From assembly GCA_002269645.1 (NCBI GenBank), contig NIVC01005124.1, positions 1 to 25,547 of the forward strand: a DNA stretch of 25,547 nt. The letters are read 5' to 3'. The translations under genes were made by a program, and so were the position numbers. Position 1 is the stretch's first letter, and each line of letters starts with the position of its first letter. Below are positions 21,918 to 25,547 of the stretch, piece after piece. The notes beneath the pieces were generated by a model, which was not told where the DNA came from, ran no database searches, and worked only from the letters and a program-made list of their open reading frames with translations. Source of the DNA: Macrostomum lignano. Taxonomy: Eukaryota.

Positions 21918-22498
21918 CACTCGGGCGTTGATCTGAACAATCAGCGCATGTCGCCGATAATTGGCCTACGAATTCGACGCTTGAATCAGCAGCTGCACCA
22001 GCAGCAGCAGCAGCAGCAAAGCGAAGACGAAAGCCGAGAAGAGGAGACCAGCATTCAGTCGTGCCCTCAGCAGCAGCAGCAGCAGCCGGAGCCGCCGCCT
22101 CCATCATCCGTGCCCGTCTACCCGATGAGTCCCCATGTGCCCTACATCAGCCGGCCGGGCTGCTACCTGGGCGCCAGTGGATCTGGTCTCGGCGGCAGCA
22201 GCGGCGGCAGCGGAGGCGTCGGCGGCGGCATTGCAGGCGTTGGTCGCAGCTACCTTCGCCAGCGTCGCGTAACCGCTGGCAGCCTTGGTGGGGGCGGCTT
22301 CGACAGGCGGCATCAGCACCAGCGAGCGGCTGCCGCGGTCATCGGCAGCAGCTACGACAGCGGGCGTTGCAGATCCGGGCGCGAATGCCGCGCATCAAGG
22401 ATGTGAACAAGATTGACAAGTACTCCAGGCTGGCCTTCCCGTCGCTGTTCGTCCTGTTCAACCTGTGCTACTGGTGCTTCTACCTGCTCACCGGCTGA
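21918..22498 (+). CDS. Lcch3: GABA receptor exon 8 (intracellular loop and M4), containing an unresolved -1 frame change
   Basis: CTCTCTGCAG acceptor, phase 0. The first part reads HSGVDLNNQRMSPIIGLR...SYLRQRR (LCCH3 RMSPI motif). The conserved end RQRALQIRARMPRIKDVNKIDKYSRLAFPSLFVLFNLCYWCFYLLTG* (stop 22496-22498) is in a different frame. Confidence 0.85.
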
Positions 22499-22698
22499 GC
22501 CAAACGGCCTTGTCTCTTCCCTTTGCTTCAGCGATTTTATGTTGTTGTCCCGCTGGTCAGCTGCTGTTTTGCTAACGATTTGGCTGCAAATCCTGTCGAT
22601 TCTTTAGATAATATTTTATTAGAATCTTAATCGCGAGCAGTTCACTGGCCCCTTGTTTGCAGCATACATTCTTAACCAAAACAGACAACATTGAGGGC

Positions 22699-22704
22699 AA
22701 TAAA
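22699..22704 (+). terminator. Candidate polyadenylation signal for the GABA receptor gene
   Basis: AATAAA 200 nt after the stop codon; motif only. Confidence 0.35.
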
Positions 22705-23019
22705 GCCTTCAGTCCTAAGCAGTTGAATTCGGCCATTTTACGGAATCTTTTAGTCCACAGTGCTTTTATACACTATACCAATACAGCATAGATTTCTGGC
22801 TATTGTGGACTGCTCGTGGCTTTTCAGTCGTGTTACTTTTTCTCAAACAGAACAGATTGGCATTGCAATGTTAACTCAAGAGCCATTCGAGCGTAAAGTA
22901 ACATGTAATTAGTTAACAAATTTTTTATTTAGTATATTTTCTTACAATCGCTTGAGCCTTCAAAATAGTACGTGCAATTACGTTATAACAAATTAAGCTA
23001 CAATTAACTATATGTATCT

Positions 23020-23118
23020 GATTAAACATGCCTTTTGAGGGAGTTATTTGTATAAATCACGAGGGCCTGAGGCCCGGGGGATTTATGAAAATAACTCCCG
23101 AAAAAGGCATGTGTAATC
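23020..23118. repeat. Imperfect inverted repeat, 39-bp arms with an inner GGGCC-TGA-GGCCC hairpin
   Basis: GATTAAACATGCCTTTTGAGGGAGTTATTTGTATAAATC (23020-23058) pairs with GATTTATGAAAATAACTCCCGAAAAAGGCATGTGTAATC (23080-23118). Confidence 0.9.
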
Positions 23119-23128
23119 TCGTATAAAC

Positions 23129-23220
23129 CATAGACATAAAGACTTTACGGATATTATTGAATATTACCAAATAAAATCCGGAGAACGCAAATATTGTCAC
23201 GGAAAGTCTTTATTTCTATG
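23129..23220. mobile_element. 92-bp MITE-like inverted repeat with CATAGA termini
   Basis: CATAGACATAAAGACTTTACG at the left end pairs with CGGAAAGTCTTTATTTCTATG at the right end. No clear target-site duplication. Confidence 0.5.
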
Positions 23221-23985
23221 GATTATTACGGCTTAATCGCTACCGTGCTGACAAGTCATAAGTTCATATTCATGACAAAGATTCAGTTCCATTATTTATG
23301 TCTACGTCAGACACAAGACTCATAAAATTTGTAAGTGGATTATTAAACAGAATGAAACGCAAAACTGCTGTAAATTCTCTCTGATGACATGTTTTAGTAG
23401 ATTAATGTTTCTATTTAACTGCAAAATTTGACAAAATTTATTTCATTTACGAAGCAACCTTCACACACATTGACAGATGAAGTTTGAGTTTCCCAATAAA
23501 ATGGCTTTACATGAATAGTATATTTATATGCATGATTATCACTTTTTCATTTACGAAACCGTGACAGAATATAGCTGCACTTTCTAATCCACTATGATCC
23601 TTAGTTAGGTATTGAAAATATATAAAACAGAAACTCATATTACACAGGAAACTAATTGAGTTAGGAGTATTATAACAAAATAATTAAATAAACATATTAT
23701 TAGGTACGGAGAATTTCAAGGTCTTTTCTGTTTTTTTTTGTAAAAAAATCTGCGCAATATGCTTCTACGCTAGATTATTGTTCTAACAAAAATTTGAAGG
23801 CATTTTACTGATGATAGTGACGCTCGTACTACACAAAAAGCAATAATGTAGCTTACACAAACGTATACACAATATAATAGAGTAAAATAAGCAGTAATTG
23901 ATTAAGAATTGGATAATAATGAACCCTTTTCACAAGTTTTACACCATTCGACCCTACGCATATAGATACTGGTATGAATATAGCA

Positions 23986-25547
23986 TCAGCGACAGACATC
24001 GATATAGCCTCGATGATAGGCTTCATAGAACTTGATACACATGTACTCGTAAATTTATTCAGAGCTAATTCATGGCATGGATGTCAAGCCAAGATACAAG
24101 GCCAAGTGCAACTGCCAACTTCCGCGACGAACTGACCAAGCCGATAGTATAGTTAAGACTGCTGCTGTCGGAGAGCTTTGAGTTGCCTCTACCTGCTTCT
24201 CAATGTGACTCTCTCGATGGAAGCAACGCGACACTCCGGTCTCTAATTGAACGCGTATCAGTGCTTTACCAGAGAGCTGAAGTGTTTTTAACGCCAACTT
24301 TGATTCATATGAACTGCGATTTACTCGTGCATTTCACTGAAGAATTGCTTCTTCAGTTTCAGCCGCTGTGAGGTTCAGGCACAGAGGGAGATGTCTAAAC
24401 TCCCAGGGTGTAGGTTCAGGTGTCGGGCTGCAGTTGTACCTCTGCTGTCTGTCCCTGGCTATCTCCGAATAGTAGCAGTGAGCCTCGCTGTAGCTGAACG
24501 CATCTGCGGCGCCGTTGTACGGGTTCAAGAACAGAACTAAGTCATTGTGTTTCTCTACGAACTGGTCGGGAAAGTCCGCCGGTGTCATCTGGGCATCTTG
24601 CATTGCGATGGAGACGTCGTAGGCTCGACCGGGACCCAGGCTGATCACATTAGAGGTGAATCGAGACGGGTAGTGACCTCTGGGCGTCAGTAGAGATACA
24701 TTCCGCTGCCTTTATCGAACCCAATCGATTTTCCAGGTTCCAGTCGAATGGATATAATGTTATCTGCTGACCAGATGCGACAACAGACATTGTTGGAAGT
24801 CGGTCTGTATGGTTTGAAAACAGGCCAAGCTTATCGAAGTCAAAAAGTAAGGATCGAGAAGCAGGTCGAGCTGCAATCTGTTGTTCGTATTCTGCATGCG
24901 TGATAACTCAGCATCGGTGAGGGCAAGCTTGAAGCACTTCAGATGGTTCGGGTGGAACAGCGTCTCTACCGCGATCGGGGAATTCAGACTGCGATCTGAG
25001 CCTGCACTGAAGATTCCGTAGTTTCCGTAGAATGTCTGCAGTTTTCTCTGACCCACAATGTCCGCCAGAGTTCTGTAGGGCAGAGACTGGATCAAGCTTG
25101 TTGGCCGAAGTTCGCGCAGTGTTGTGTTTTCACTCTCCGACGCATTCAGAGATCCGAGAGCGGCATCGAATGCAGTCTGAGCAGCATAGAACGGCATGTT
25201 CACCTGGTCCGCCTCTGACCTGTTCAGTCGGTAGATAAACGAGCCAGCGGCTTGGAGACTGTTGCAAAAGTAGACATCGGGAAACTCGAATGGAACCTTT
25301 TCCGCTTGGAACTCTGACCTTACGCTCGGACTGTTCAGGCGTCGAATGTAGACGGTACAGGTGTTTAACAGAAGGCCCAGGAAGCTCAAGAATGCCAGAA
25401 GCCAGAAGATCCTCTTGCAGGGTCAATATGTTGTATTTTCTTCACAATGAAGAACTCGCGTGCGGTGCAGATCAGTAACCGGAGAGTTTTCCCGCGTCAA
25501 ATTAGTACCGTCAGCTGTTTCCAGACTTGGCGTATGCGGATACAGCT
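23986..25547 (-). pseudogene. DEG/ENaC (amiloride-sensitive sodium channel family) gene, apparently intronless, with multiple frameshifts and stops; the 5' end may lie beyond the window
   Basis: Ordered family motifs on the minus strand: TM1 CKRIFWLLAFLSFLGLLL; post-TM1 FEFPDVYFCN; LQLDLLLDPY; GSGMYLY/TPRGHYP...VISLGPG; FSYSEAHC...YNC; SSYES; and TM2 reconstructed as GQFVAEVGS-ALGL-YLGLTS across two frame changes. Confidence 0.75.

Larger units (their letters stand above)
6242..22498 (+). other. Lcch3: Whole gene model: Cys-loop GABA receptor subunit, LCCH3/GABA-A beta-like, 8 coding exons, about 562 aa if the exon-8 frame change is resolved by one added base
   Basis: join(6242-6422,12632-12699,14545-14771,15118-15200,15308-15445,20621-20773,21123-21379,21918-22498). 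All introns are GT-AG with compatible phases (1,0,2,1,1,1,0). Long stretches are near-identical to insect LCCH3 and the Lymnaea GABA beta subunit as I recall them. Confidence 0.93.

Noticed and set aside
22286-22297. Programmed -1 ribosomal frameshift site
   Set aside because: GGT GGG GGC is not an X XXY YYZ slippery heptamer; an indel or a small intron is simpler.

Overview
Repeat-rich eukaryotic (invertebrate animal) genomic DNA, not prokaryotic. The style (dense intronic minisatellites, GC-rich CAG-rich exons, a divergent DEG/ENaC gene) suggests a flatworm such as Macrostomum, but that is inference only. There are three protein-coding loci. (1) The last coding exon of a Pur-alpha gene (+, 1862-2097). 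(2) A complete 8-exon Cys-loop GABA receptor subunit of the LCCH3/GABA-A beta-like class (+, 6242-22498); exons 1-7 splice in frame, but the last exon needs a -1 frame change between 22269 and about 22345 to reach the M4 helix. (3) An apparently intronless DEG/ENaC-family channel gene on the - strand (about 23986 to the window end) with roughly nine frameshifts or stops, so either a pseudogene or a poor-quality consensus. Introns and intergenic DNA contain a tRNA-derived CORE-like SINE, a P-like MITE, a hAT-Charlie-like MITE, two adjacent hairpins and many tandem arrays (22, 21, 24, 4, 26, 13, 12, 14 and 79 bp units). The two 1500-aa ORFs in the track are artefacts of a stop-free 4.8-kb satellite. 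I found no convincing wholly new biological system. The best leads are the frame discordance in the GABA receptor terminal exon, the lesioned intronless DEG/ENaC, a minisatellite apparently built from a transposon end plus its target site, and intronic repeats carrying G-tracts and GTGAG decoy donors.
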